From the IMG/VR virus record IMGVR_UViG_3300010344_001170, positions 15,078 to 79,077 of that record: a DNA stretch of 64,000 nt; one strand, written 5' to 3'. The position numbers were made by a program, and so were the translations under genes. The notes beneath the pieces are model-generated. The model had not been told where the DNA came from, did not search any database, and saw only the letters and a program-made list of their open reading frames with translations. The stretch comes from a virus. Taxonomy: Duplodnaviria > Caudoviricetes. Numbering within the stretch: the first letter of the stretch is position 1; every line of letters begins with the position of its first letter. Below are positions 19,710 to 29,538 of this stretch, in pieces.

Positions 19710-20255
19710 ATGACAAAAACTTTTTACTTTTACCATTTCCCTGATCGAAATGTAAATATTTTTGAGGGAATTCCTAATGATGTAACAAGTATCGACGTTA
19801 CATACATAAAAAATGGGAGAACAACGAACTATCCTATTACTGGTGGTCTTCAGGGGCTTGCTAAATACATGGCGGTCATGAATAGAAATAGAAGTAACAT
19901 AAACAACATATCAAAAATTTCTGTTAATTGGCCAACACCCGTACTTGTAAACACTTTAAACATAAATAACATGAATAAATTTCCAATTGAATCCGGAATT
20001 CCGATTCCGGCAGCTAAAACAGCTAAAAAACCCAAAGTTGAAAACATCAACGAAGAATGGAGAAAGAATTTTCGAAAAATGAAGGTTAATGACTCATTTT
20101 TTGTTCCTGCTTTACCAAATGATTTAACAAGCACTCAGGCAAGGCTAATGTCTTGTGCGTATAATTTTCGTAAATACGAACCTTCAATCAAAGTATTCAG
20201 CACACGAACAGAGCGAAAAGGAATTACTGGAGTACGAATCTGGAGATTAAAATAA
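19710..20255 (+). CDS. Hypothetical protein, probable small DNA-binding C-terminal domain
   Basis: FPIESGIPIP..FRKMKVNDSFFVP..GVRIWRL. Confidence 0.55.
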   Translation: MTKTFYFYHFPDRNVNIFEGIPNDVTSIDVTYIKNGRTTNYPITGGLQGLAKYMAVMNRNRSNINNISKISVNWPTPVLVNTLNINNMNKFPIESGIPIPAAKTAKKPKVENINEEWRKNFRKMKVNDSFFVPALPNDLTSTQARLMSCAYNFRKYEPSIKVFSTRTERKGITGVRIWRLK

Positions 20256-20276
20256 ACCGGATTCAATAACAAAGAT

Positions 20277-20308
20277 AAAGCCCTTAATATAGGGCTTTAT
20301 TTTTTTTC
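20277..20308. terminator. Terminator between convergent genes
   Basis: AAAGCCC/GGGCTTT stem with T run. Confidence 0.65.
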
Positions 20309-20691
20309 TCAGTGGAGCGCCAGTTAATAAAATCCCATGTGAGGGCATTATGGCATATGATGTTCTTGTCTAATATATTCTTTGCCTCTTTATGATAGTC
20401 CTTTGGGATCAACTCTAAGAGCCTCTCCTTCATTTCTTCAACATTATCAGCCATTAGTTCTACACCATAAATTGTGGATAGAGCTTGAAGTGGTGGATGG
20501 TTGTTGGAAAGTTTACGACGTAAGACTTCAACTAAAAAGTTGCCATTGCCAGCTGAGTTATCACAAAAAGTTTTAGATGGATCGGACCAAACTTCTTGTG
20601 GAAGTTTGTCAAGCATTTCATTAACTAATGGAAGAGGAGTGAAGTCTTCGGCTGTTTGTTTGCGGCGGGCTTTACGTTTTTGTTCTATCAT
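20284..20691 (-). CDS. N-terminal (SAM-binding, motif I) half of an amino-methyltransferase
   Basis: EDFTPLPLVNEMLDKLP..FCDNSAGNGNFL..IYGVEL; no NPPY/F motif. Confidence 0.8.
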   Translation of the reverse strand: MIEQKRKARRKQTAEDFTPLPLVNEMLDKLPQEVWSDPSKTFCDNSAGNGNFLVEVLRRKLSNNHPPLQALSTIYGVELMADNVEEMKERLLELIPKDYHKEAKNILDKNIICHNALTWDFINWRSTEKKNKALY

Positions 20692-21640
20692 AGATCTTCT
20701 CCATCATTAAAACGTTCAACCCAAGATTTAGGAATCTTTTTAAAAATTGAAAGAGGAACATGATAACCATTTTCATTATATTCAATTATAAACATTTTAA
20801 TAATTTTTGAATTGTTTAAAAAATTTTCAAGATTTTTACCTTCCTCTTTATTGTTAACTATAAATCCAGAAGAATTATGACCGCAACCATATTTTCCTTC
20901 ATCATAAAAACTCAAATAATTTCCAGGTGTATTTAAACTAACACTGTTACTTATTATGACCTTTTTATCATTAATTCCAAATGTTTTTACATCATACCAA
21001 TCAAAAAATCCTTGTTTGTACTGAGCTATTGTATTGACATGCTGATATGGATGATCATTATCTCCTTCTTTTGTTTTTCTTAAACAATTAAATTTTCTAC
21101 TATCATTTGATTTTATATTTAAAATATAATCATTTGAAGAAGTTGATAAATCTTCGAAATATTTTTTAATTAAATCTTTATCCGTTTTTATGGGAAAAAA
21201 TTTATAACGATTAAAAATTTTATCCATAGTATTTGGTTTACCTTTATGTATTAACCATGAATCTATTTGCATAAAACCAGCAACCCCCTCAAACTCCTTT
21301 GTTACATCTTTTATAGATACAATATGATTTTCCCACATTATACTTTGAACATTTTCTACCACGCTTTTTGAAAAATTTCCAAGTCTCCAATGGGCTGGAG
21401 TTATAAGAGAAATCAATCCGTTATCTTTTGTTATTTTAAAACTTAAAAAGATAAACTTGTGCCATAATTTAGCGCCGGATTGTCCTTCTCGCTTAGAAGG
21501 TGGTTGAAATGGCGGGTTCCCTACAACAACATCAAATTTTGGCATACTATTCCAATTTAATTCTAAACTATCACCCTGTATTAGATGATCTATCATAGAT
21601 CTTCTCCATCATTAAAACGTTCAACCCAAGATTTAGGAAT
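20684..21640. repeat. Perfect 52-bp direct repeat (20684-20735 and 21589-21640)
   Basis: Encodes IPKSWVERFNDGEDL* plus the overlapping ATG of the next gene. Confidence 0.95.
20688..21596 (-). CDS. Catalytic (NPPF) half plus target-recognition domain of an amino-methyltransferase
   Basis: FDVVVGNPPFQ..LISLITP; no motif I; paralogous to the C-terminus of 21593-25630. Confidence 0.85.
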   Translation of the reverse strand: MIDHLIQGDSLELNWNSMPKFDVVVGNPPFQPPSKREGQSGAKLWHKFIFLSFKITKDNGLISLITPAHWRLGNFSKSVVENVQSIMWENHIVSIKDVTKEFEGVAGFMQIDSWLIHKGKPNTMDKIFNRYKFFPIKTDKDLIKKYFEDLSTSSNDYILNIKSNDSRKFNCLRKTKEGDNDHPYQHVNTIAQYKQGFFDWYDVKTFGINDKKVIISNSVSLNTPGNYLSFYDEGKYGCGHNSSGFIVNNKEEGKNLENFLNNSKIIKMFIIEYNENGYHVPLSIFKKIPKSWVERFNDGEDL

Positions 21641-22477
21641 TCTTTTAATTAGTTGTAAAGGAAATCCAGTAAATCCCTTTTCATTTTGTGTTTCCTTTTC
21701 AATCATTTTAATAATCTTACTATTATTTAAAAAATTAACTAATTGATCCCCCTCATTTTTGTCTTTAACTAAATATCCAACAGAACTATGACCCGTTCCT
21801 ACTTTTCCAGGATCATAAAACGAATTTAAATTTTTTGAGATGGTTGTTGATGTTATAACCTTAGGATGATCAAATCCTTCAGTTTTATATTCATACCAAT
21901 CATATAAATTTTTCATATATTGTGTGATTGTACTAACATGAGGAAATTTTCTATTTTCATCTCCCTTTTCACTTTTTCTTATTTCATTTGGATAATGAGA
22001 ATTTGATTTAACATTCATTTCAAAATTATCGTTTTTTTCAATATCTTTGTAAAATTGTTTAATTTGAGAATTTTTTGATATTGGTAAAAATTTGTTCTTT
22101 TTAAATATAGGATCTATTGTAACCCCATCCAAATTAAAATTTTTAGAAACAATCCAATAATCAATATTAACAATTCCTCCGACATCAAAAAAATTATTAG
22201 CCGAATCAAAAAATATTATATTATTATTCCAAATTAATTCTTGCGCTTCTTTAATTGTTTTTTTAGGACCGGTTCTCCATAAATCTGGAGTTATAAAAGC
22301 TATTATTCCATTTTTATTTAAAATAGAAAATCCAATTTCAACAAAATAATGCCATATTTTTGCTCCTGCATTAGAAACATTAGTACCTTTTTCTCGTTTA
22401 ACTTCTTTTTGGAATGGCGGATTTCCTACAACAACATCGAATTTTGGCATTTTATTCCAATCTAAATTTAAACTATC
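21505..22477. repeat. Imperfect 68-bp direct repeat (21505-21572 and 22410-22477; 59/68 identical)
   Basis: Encodes DSL.L.W..MPKFDVVVGNPPFQ. Confidence 0.85.
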
Positions 22478-25400
22478 TTTATTTAATAAATTATCTTTAT
22501 ATCCCTTATTATTTATAAGCTTTTTGGCTATAGAAGTTTTACCTCTTGCAATATCTACTCCCCATATCATTTCTTCTATTATATGTTTCTCTCTTTCTTT
22601 TTCATTTGGAATTGAATTCTTTAATCCTTCCATTAATCGTTCTTTTATTCCTAAAATATATTTACCTGTACCCATACAAGGGTCACAAAAAGTTTTTTTT
22701 GGATCAGTCCATGTATCTTTTGGAAGTTTATCTAACATTTCATTAACAAGTTTACCAGGCGTACTTCCTTCTGCCGCACGAATAGCAAAATGTTGATTAA
22801 CAAACTCATCAACCTTTTCTAAACTTGCATTTCTTAAAATATCTCTTTCTTCATCTAAAAAATATTTTATATTTCTGTTGATTAAAACTTTGTTTATTAA
22901 TCCTTTATCAACCCACATTTTAAGAGTATCTACATTTATCCCTGTAGTTTCTTCAAATAAATCCGGCGAGTCCGTATAAATTATATCGTCAATAGTTTCT
23001 TCTTCAGCAGCACTATTAAATAAGAATAATGGAATAGCAGATAATACTCCTGAAATTTTTTCAATTGTTTTTTTAATTAAATTTCGGTCTCCTTTTGTTA
23101 AATCTACATTAGCATCTGTAGATTTGGCAGCTGTTTTAAATGACCTCTTTATATTTTTACCCAATTCAATTTCCTGATCATTTAATTCTATTTCTTTTCC
23201 TCTTTTTCCAACTATTAATCCAAGTAATGAGCCAATAACATCGTCATCAATTTTTTCAGGATTAAAATTCTTAATATTAGCAAATTTTTCAGAGAAGGAT
23301 CCATAAACTCTAAAGTTCTCAATAACATTATCAAAATTAACTTCAGTTAATTTATTATCTCTATGATCTAAGATTGGAGCATAATCCAAAAATTCTGTTA
23401 TAGTTTCGCTTAATTTTTTAGATCCAGTTTTGTCCATGTTTTCACATGATTCATAAACCATTGATAAACATCTTTGTGGATTAAAATCAAAAACATGACA
23501 TTCTTGTTTATTATTTTGAACATCAGGATTTTGACATCTAAATATAGCTTGCAGATATTCTTCAATTGATTTTCCACTATCTAACATTAAAACTCCGTTC
23601 CACTCAGGAACAGTTACCCCTTCTTTAAATCTATAACATGATAAAGTTATTGTTCTTTGTCCTTCATTTTTGGCTTTATTTATTTTTTCTTGGACATCTT
23701 TAATATTTGTAACAACATTTGATGTAGCTGGAATTATAATATAATCCTCATATTCGGGCATTTTTTCCATTAATTTGGCCATTGCCTTAATTCCCTTTAC
23801 ATCTTTATCTAATACCCAGAAAGTATGATCTAAATTTGCGACACTTCGATATGGTGACATCGTTTTATGTACTCCTTCACCTGCAATTTGACGCAACAGA
23901 ATTTCCATGGAACCTTCATCTTTTAATTTTCCTCCTTCAGTAGCTAACATTTTTCGCATTGTAAATCCTTCTTCAGGAGTATAAAAAGATGCTCGACTTT
24001 TTGCCTCTTCACTTATTTCCATTAAATGAAAATGCATAGTTGGCATTTGTAAGTGTGTTCCATATCCTTTATCTTTTTCTTCTCTTTTCTTTTGTTGTTC
24101 GTCGATGTAAGACCAAGAATATATTTGATCATCATCAAATCTTCCCATGGCAATATCTTTCATAGAAGATCCCAAAACATACACCATGTATTTATATTTT
24201 AACGCTTCTAATAATTTCTTAAATCTAAATGTACTGCCTCCATAATGATATTCATCAGCAATAACCATATCGAAATTAATTTTGGCTAATTTTCGAATAT
24301 TTCTAGCCATATCTTGAATGACCTCTGTTTCTATTCCTTCTTCCTCTTCATATCCAAAAATATTTATATTTTCATTTTCGTGTAATGCTAATTGAGCTGA
24401 TGACATAAATACTGTTGGAGCTTCTTTTGATTCTTCTAAGTTTCTTTCCTTTTTAAAATCAACGATTTTCCATCCATCAAAATTGACATGACCTTTTATA
24501 TCTTGTTCAAGAGAATCAAATACATGAGGTTTATAAGTAAGAACTAAAATATTTTTCATTCCCATTGTTTTAGCCACATTTAATAAGGTGAAATTTTTTC
24601 CAAATCTCATTTTTGCAGCTAATAAGAATTCTTTTCCTCCTTTTTCAAAATAATTAACTATCTTATCATGTGCTTCCTTTTGTTCAGGACGCATGTCGTA
24701 TGATTTTGGTTTTTCGGAATCATATAAAACACCGCTGATAATTTCTTTTAATTTTTCAAATGAAACACCTCCAAAAACTTCAGTACTTTTGCCTACAGTT
24801 CCTCGAAAACCTCCTTTTTCTCTAATCTTCTTTTGAACAGCATGTTCTGCATCATAGGCGTGTTTAAATCCTTTGTTGGATTCTGACGATAAATATTCAT
24901 CTAATCGTTTAGCATAAATGATAACAGTCCCATCCATTGTAACCCCTCTATAACTTTTTATAGTTTGAAGGGGAGTTTTGGCTTCTCCTTGAGATCCATA
25001 TTGACCAAATTTTAGAGGAATATTTCCTTTTTTAGGATCTTCTTTGAGATATTTAATTTCAGTCCAAATATAAAGACCTTGACCCGGCTTTTTTAAATCA
25101 TCTGTTTGATATAAATCTGTTAAACAATAAAAACCTTTTTCTAATCTTTTTATTCCTAATGATTTCTCATCAACTGAGAACATTCTTGAATTCATATCAT
25201 CGTCTGAATAATTATTATCATCTTGTTGAGCATAAATATCAAGAGTTCTAGGAGGCTCTTGTTTTAATTTAGTATCTGGAGAAACTATATTCTGAGGAGG
25301 TTTTTCTTCAATCGTGTTTTTTTCTCTGTGTTTCTTTTGCACTTGAAATTGATATTCTCTAAAACTTTGAAAATTATTAATATCTTTATCTAATTTTAAA

Positions 25401-25630
25401 TTCTTTTCTTTTTGTACATTAAATGTCTGTTTCAAATCATTGAAATTAATTCCCTGAAAAACCCATTGTGCAAATTTACCTGCATAATCTGGATCATTTT
25501 TGATTAATTCAAAAAATTCTTTATATTCAGGATCATTTGTGGAAATATCATTTTGAGCAAATAATTCTTGCGCTTGCTCAATATTTTCTAATAATTTGAA
25601 TTGTGGTAAGGATTCACAAACCAATATCAT
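21593..25630 (-). CDS. Single-chain restriction-modification-like enzyme: leader, GIY-YIG/T5orf172-like nuclease, SF2 helicase, N6A/N4C methyltransferase, TRD (Type ISP-like order)
   Basis: MRPEQ Q motif, AKMRFGKN Walker A variant, DEYH, EGVTVP, QAIFRCQ; FCDPCMGTG motif I; GNPPF motif IV. Confidence 0.85.
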   Translation of the reverse strand: MILVCESLPQFKLLENIEQAQELFAQNDISTNDPEYKEFFELIKNDPDYAGKFAQWVFQGINFNDLKQTFNVQKEKNLKLDKDINNFQSFREYQFQVQKKHREKNTIEEKPPQNIVSPDTKLKQEPPRTLDIYAQQDDNNYSDDDMNSRMFSVDEKSLGIKRLEKGFYCLTDLYQTDDLKKPGQGLYIWTEIKYLKEDPKKGNIPLKFGQYGSQGEAKTPLQTIKSYRGVTMDGTVIIYAKRLDEYLSSESNKGFKHAYDAEHAVQKKIREKGGFRGTVGKSTEVFGGVSFEKLKEIISGVLYDSEKPKSYDMRPEQKEAHDKIVNYFEKGGKEFLLAAKMRFGKNFTLLNVAKTMGMKNILVLTYKPHVFDSLEQDIKGHVNFDGWKIVDFKKERNLEESKEAPTVFMSSAQLALHENENINIFGYEEEEGIETEVIQDMARNIRKLAKINFDMVIADEYHYGGSTFRFKKLLEALKYKYMVYVLGSSMKDIAMGRFDDDQIYSWSYIDEQQKKREEKDKGYGTHLQMPTMHFHLMEISEEAKSRASFYTPEEGFTMRKMLATEGGKLKDEGSMEILLRQIAGEGVHKTMSPYRSVANLDHTFWVLDKDVKGIKAMAKLMEKMPEYEDYIIIPATSNVVTNIKDVQEKINKAKNEGQRTITLSCYRFKEGVTVPEWNGVLMLDSGKSIEEYLQAIFRCQNPDVQNNKQECHVFDFNPQRCLSMVYESCENMDKTGSKKLSETITEFLDYAPILDHRDNKLTEVNFDNVIENFRVYGSFSEKFANIKNFNPEKIDDDVIGSLLGLIVGKRGKEIELNDQEIELGKNIKRSFKTAAKSTDANVDLTKGDRNLIKKTIEKISGVLSAIPLFLFNSAAEEETIDDIIYTDSPDLFEETTGINVDTLKMWVDKGLINKVLINRNIKYFLDEERDILRNASLEKVDEFVNQHFAIRAAEGSTPGKLVNEMLDKLPKDTWTDPKKTFCDPCMGTGKYILGIKERLMEGLKNSIPNEKEREKHIIEEMIWGVDIARGKTSIAKKLINNKGYKDNLLNKDSLNLDWNKMPKFDVVVGNPPFQKEVKREKGTNVSNAGAKIWHYFVEIGFSILNKNGIIAFITPDLWRTGPKKTIKEAQELIWNNNIIFFDSANNFFDVGGIVNIDYWIVSKNFNLDGVTIDPIFKKNKFLPISKNSQIKQFYKDIEKNDNFEMNVKSNSHYPNEIRKSEKGDENRKFPHVSTITQYMKNLYDWYEYKTEGFDHPKVITSTTISKNLNSFYDPGKVGTGHSSVGYLVKDKNEGDQLVNFLNNSKIIKMIEKETQNEKGFTGFPLQLIKRIPKSWVERFNDGEDL

Positions 25631-25643
25631 GACAAGATTTTAT

Positions 25644-25694
25644 TTTATATATTTAGAAAAACTAAGTTCCACTAAACCAATATAAATATATAAA
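25644..25694. promoter_or_regulatory. Divergent late-type promoters (ATATATAAA)
   Basis: Minus copy 25644-25652 before the RM gene; plus copy 25686-25694 before portal. Motif also at 574, 11672, 12331, 31965, 32204, 34613, 54633, 57282, 59260, 59971 and 63083; resembles T4 late TATAAATA. Confidence 0.65.
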
Positions 25695-25711
25695 GAAAAA
25701 GTATATAGCTC

Positions 25712-27559
25712 ATGGCAGGATTTACCTTGCGTTCGCTCGATAACAAAGGAGCAGGTTTAGTTTCAAGAATACAACGTAATATTCGTTACCTTGCATCCTT
25801 AGGGATGAAATGGGATCACGAACTTCTTCAGCAATCAAAATCTATAGGTATTGCTGAGGCCCAAATGGATTCAATGTATGGCCTCTATTATCAACAGGGT
25901 CAATACATGGGGCTCGACGTTGGTCAAAAAGAATTCATTGCATTTTATGATAAAGAGTACCCTACACGTAGAGATTTTCTACGTAAATTTGCAATGAATG
26001 GAGAAATCGAACACGTTCTTGAAGTAATCTCTGATGAAACAATTATTTTTGACGATCAAAACTATTTTGCTTACCCAGCAACCAGAGAATTGAAATCTGT
26101 TTTAAAACAAGAAAAAGCAAAAGAAATTATTGACGATTTAAACGAATCTTATAAGAAAATATACTTTGCCTTTGGTTTCAACAAAGGACATGATGCATGG
26201 CATTATTGCAAAAAATTCTTAATTGACGGTTTCTTAGCATTCGAAGTTATTTATGATGGCGAAGGAACAGATGATGCAAAGAATGTTATTGGTTTTAAAG
26301 AATTAGATCCTGTTTCTCTTGAACCAGAAATAAGAAAAGATACAGATGGAAAAGAATATCGTGTTTGGATTCAGTATCGTGGTGATTCACAACGTCAAAG
26401 AGAATTATTAGATTCCAACTTAATTTATATTTCATGGGCACGTGGTAATTTCATTTCAAGACTTTCATATGTTGAACGTTTAGTTCGTTCATTCAATATG
26501 TTAAGAACTCTTGAAAATTCACGTATTATTTGGAACGTATGGAACGCTCAGATGCGTGTTAAAATAATCGTGCCGATTGGAACTCAATCAGAAGCAAAAG
26601 CACGTACAAGACTTTCCGAACTTCGTGGTATGTATAAAGAAGAACTCTCGATTGATGATCAATCAGGAGAAGTTAATTACAATGGACAAGTTCAGTTCCC
26701 ATTTGCAAAAACATTTGTTATTCCATCAAGAGATGGACAGCAAACTGAAATTGATGGTTTCCAACCAACTGGTTATGACCTTTCAAATATCGATGCATTA
26801 AAGTATTTCTGGCAAAGATTTATTATTGAGACAAAGGTTCCATCATCTCGTTTCTCAAATGATCCTGCAAACGGCCCAGTAGGCACCTGGAGTGCCAATG
26901 CCGAAGGTATTGCTAGAGAAGAATTAAGATTTGAAAACTTCATTACAAGAATTAGATCTATTTTACAAGAAATAGTTTTAAAACCAGCATGGTTACAATT
27001 CTGTTTAAAACATCCTGAATTTGCAAAGGATGAATCTTTAAGAGCTGCAGTTGGTCTTGATTATGTTGATGAAAACTTATTTGCTGAAGCTAAGGAAAGA
27101 GACCTTGCTGAAAAGGCTGCAAATACAGTTACAACCCTTATGAACATCAAACAACCTACTGTAATGCCAGACGGAAGTCCCGGTGAAGAAAACTATTTTG
27201 ATGCTAAGTTCTTAGTTGAGAAGTACATGTCATTAACTGATATGGATATTAAACTCAATGAAAAATATAAGAAAGAACGTAGAGATGAAGTACGTAAACT
27301 TGCTGCTGCTTATGCACGTATAGCTGCTGCTAGAGGAACTGCTGCTGGTGGTGGAATGGAAGGTGGTGCAGGTGGATTTGGTGGTGCTGGAGGATTAGGC
27401 GGCGGTGAATTTGGTGGATTAGGTGGTGCTGAAGCCGGAGCAGGAGAACTTGGTGGTCTTGGAGGTACTGAAGAACTTGGCGGATTAGGTGGAGAAGAAG
27501 AAGGTGGCGAATTAGGAGGAGAAGAAACAGCAACCGAAGAAACTCCACCAGCAAAATAA
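25712..27559 (+). CDS. gp20: Portal protein (T4 gp20-like)
   Basis: FLIDGFLAFE..ELDP..LSYVERL..LRTLENSRIIW..A.MR..DIDALKYF..KVPSSRF..REELRFENFITRIR; Gly/Glu-rich tail. Confidence 0.9.
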   Translation: MAGFTLRSLDNKGAGLVSRIQRNIRYLASLGMKWDHELLQQSKSIGIAEAQMDSMYGLYYQQGQYMGLDVGQKEFIAFYDKEYPTRRDFLRKFAMNGEIEHVLEVISDETIIFDDQNYFAYPATRELKSVLKQEKAKEIIDDLNESYKKIYFAFGFNKGHDAWHYCKKFLIDGFLAFEVIYDGEGTDDAKNVIGFKELDPVSLEPEIRKDTDGKEYRVWIQYRGDSQRQRELLDSNLIYISWARGNFISRLSYVERLVRSFNMLRTLENSRIIWNVWNAQMRVKIIVPIGTQSEAKARTRLSELRGMYKEELSIDDQSGEVNYNGQVQFPFAKTFVIPSRDGQQTEIDGFQPTGYDLSNIDALKYFWQRFIIETKVPSSRFSNDPANGPVGTWSANAEGIAREELRFENFITRIRSILQEIVLKPAWLQFCLKHPEFAKDESLRAAVGLDYVDENLFAEAKERDLAEKAANTVTTLMNIKQPTVMPDGSPGEENYFDAKFLVEKYMSLTDMDIKLNEKYKKERRDEVRKLAAAYARIAAARGTAAGGGMEGGAGGFGGAGGLGGGEFGGLGGAEAGAGELGGLGGTEELGGLGGEEEGGELGGEETATEETPPAK

Positions 27560-27568
27560 AAACTATTT

Positions 27569-28858
27569 ATGGGGTTATTACGACATAATGGAAAATTATT
27601 AAGATTTTCTAATAAGCTTGTTTCTTTTGGAGGTGAAGAACCTACTTATGAACTTACATTTGATTTGACTGTTATTCGTAATCAAGAAATGGATAACACT
27701 GTCGGAGATGCAGGTTCTACAGATCTTTATGTATCTGCTATTGACGGAAACACTTTAACTGTTCCTAATCTTCCTTCCTATTCGAAATTTTATGAAACAA
27801 ATACATGGATAGTTAAAAACACGTCAGTTAACGGCACTGCAGTATTATGTACAAGCATAAATGATGTAGCTAAAACAGTTACATTAACGAGTGTATCTGG
27901 TTTTTCAGTAGGAACAAGAATAGCATTATTAAATCCATATTTAAACTGGGAATTTTCAGGAAATCAATCATCAAGCCCTTCTATACCTGCTAATGGTGGT
28001 ATATCATGGATGAGTTCAGAAACCGGTGGAGGGACTATTCTTCCTCCTAAAGATGGTGTAAAAAGATGGTTATTTTTTGGAAACAACGGAGCAGTTAATA
28101 GCATGGGATTGGCAACTTCTTCTGATTGGCAAACTTGGGATGTATCAAATAATCAACAACCAGTTTTAATGGCGTCAGAAGTTCCTGGAGGTCCTACAAG
28201 TATTTATGCGGCAGGAAGCTACGTAATGGTAGATAATAGCATATGTTGTTTGCTCGGAACTAACTTAGGAGCAAGAATAATGTGTTTTGATAATGATGTT
28301 TCAAATTTTTCGTTTGGACCAATAATTTCAGCAACAGGCGTATCAGCACCTGGAGGGTTGGCAAAAATAGGAGATTATTATCATATTCTCATAATGGATA
28401 CGAGCTCTGGATTTACGAAACGAGAAATTCAAGCTCTAAAATCAACCAATGTTGAAGGCCCTTATACAAAATATCAGAGTATTATTCATGGTGCTATAGC
28501 GCCATATGGAACTGCGTGGGATTATGCCTGTGATATGCCGGTAATAATCAATGACGGGGTAAATATAATGGGAATTTTTGGTGGGCAGCAACAAGCAGGT
28601 TCTCTCGGTTCAGGAGTAGGTTATCAAAATAGAGAAGGAATATTGTTGGATTTTGATAAAGATACAGAAACATGGTCTATAAATACAAAAGGGCCGGCCT
28701 TTATAAATCCAGTTGACTGGCCCGGGGCTCCTTGGTATTATGATCATGTTGGAGCAGCAATTTCTACTTATATAGATGGTAGTACAATGTATATGGGAGC
28801 AACTTTTAAGGGATATGCTGCTACTATGCTTAAGTTAAAAAATTTTAATCAAATATAA
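27569..28858 (+). CDS. Probable virion-associated protein with glycoside-hydrolase-like beta-propeller C-terminus
   Basis: Propeller-like blade motifs (GLATSSDWQTW, STNVEGPYTK, DKDTETWS); directly after portal. Confidence 0.4.
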   Translation: MGLLRHNGKLLRFSNKLVSFGGEEPTYELTFDLTVIRNQEMDNTVGDAGSTDLYVSAIDGNTLTVPNLPSYSKFYETNTWIVKNTSVNGTAVLCTSINDVAKTVTLTSVSGFSVGTRIALLNPYLNWEFSGNQSSSPSIPANGGISWMSSETGGGTILPPKDGVKRWLFFGNNGAVNSMGLATSSDWQTWDVSNNQQPVLMASEVPGGPTSIYAAGSYVMVDNSICCLLGTNLGARIMCFDNDVSNFSFGPIISATGVSAPGGLAKIGDYYHILIMDTSSGFTKREIQALKSTNVEGPYTKYQSIIHGAIAPYGTAWDYACDMPVIINDGVNIMGIFGGQQQAGSLGSGVGYQNREGILLDFDKDTETWSINTKGPAFINPVDWPGAPWYYDHVGAAISTYIDGSTMYMGATFKGYAATMLKLKNFNQI

Positions 28859-28863
28859 TTATT

Positions 28864-28971
28864 ATGGAAACAGCATTAGAATTATTACAACAGTTATGGC
28901 CTATTGCAGTAATAATGGTATTACTTATTGGAATACTGATAGCGACCAGAGAGAAAAAGCAAAAGAAATAA
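28864..28971 (+). CDS. 35-aa single-TM peptide (not in ORF track)
   Basis: METALELLQQLWPIAVIMVLLIGILIATREKKQKK*. Confidence 0.55.
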   Translation: METALELLQQLWPIAVIMVLLIGILIATREKKQKK

Positions 28972-28995
28972 AAGGGGGATTATTCCCCCTTTCTT
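28971..28995. terminator. Bidirectional terminator-like hairpin
   Basis: AGGGGG ATTATT CCCCCT flanked by A and T runs. Confidence 0.6.
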
Positions 28996-29471
28996 TCTAA
29001 TGACTCGATATATTTACTGATCGTTTCGTCTGGACAACTCATTAACTCAATTCCTAAAATGGAAGCAGACCTTGTTGCTTGAATCAGCAATTTTCTGGCT
29101 TCAACCTGAGCGTTGTGTTTTATTTCAGAAATAGAAATTAATCTCTTCTGAACTTCACCGGTTTCAGAGGTGTTCTTTTTGTTGTCAAAATACCGGGTAG
29201 TTTGTTCTTTTACAATTTTTCTCATTTCTTCAATGATCGCATCAGCCATAAGCATCGATGGTTCTTGGGTGGTCTTGAGAATAAAACTTCTGTTCGTTAC
29301 TTTTGCAAGAATTCCTTTTCTTTGAAGAGCCATACCAAAGATGTTTTTTGAGACCCCGTATTCTTCTGCTATCGCAGATACATGGTTTACCTCTCCATTG
29401 TTCTGATGGCATACATCAAAAACATGTTGTATTGCCTTTAGAGTTTGTTCTCTTTTTGTTTGTATATTCAT
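28980..29471 (-). CDS. Hypothetical early protein
   Basis: ATG 29471 preferred; TATATTCG at 29491-29498. Confidence 0.6.
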   Translation of the reverse strand: MNIQTKREQTLKAIQHVFDVCHQNNGEVNHVSAIAEEYGVSKNIFGMALQRKGILAKVTNRSFILKTTQEPSMLMADAIIEEMRKIVKEQTTRYFDNKKNTSETGEVQKRLISISEIKHNAQVEARKLLIQATRSASILGIELMSCPDETISKYIESLERKGE

Positions 29472-29538
29472 ATTTTTAAGTTTTAGTAAGCGAATATAAA
29501 CAAAATTTTTGAATAAATAAAATAAAATCATAAAAATT

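Noticed and set aside
27330-27554. His/Leu/Gln-rich alternative ORF over the portal 3' end
   Set aside because: By-product of the Gly/Glu low-complexity portal tail
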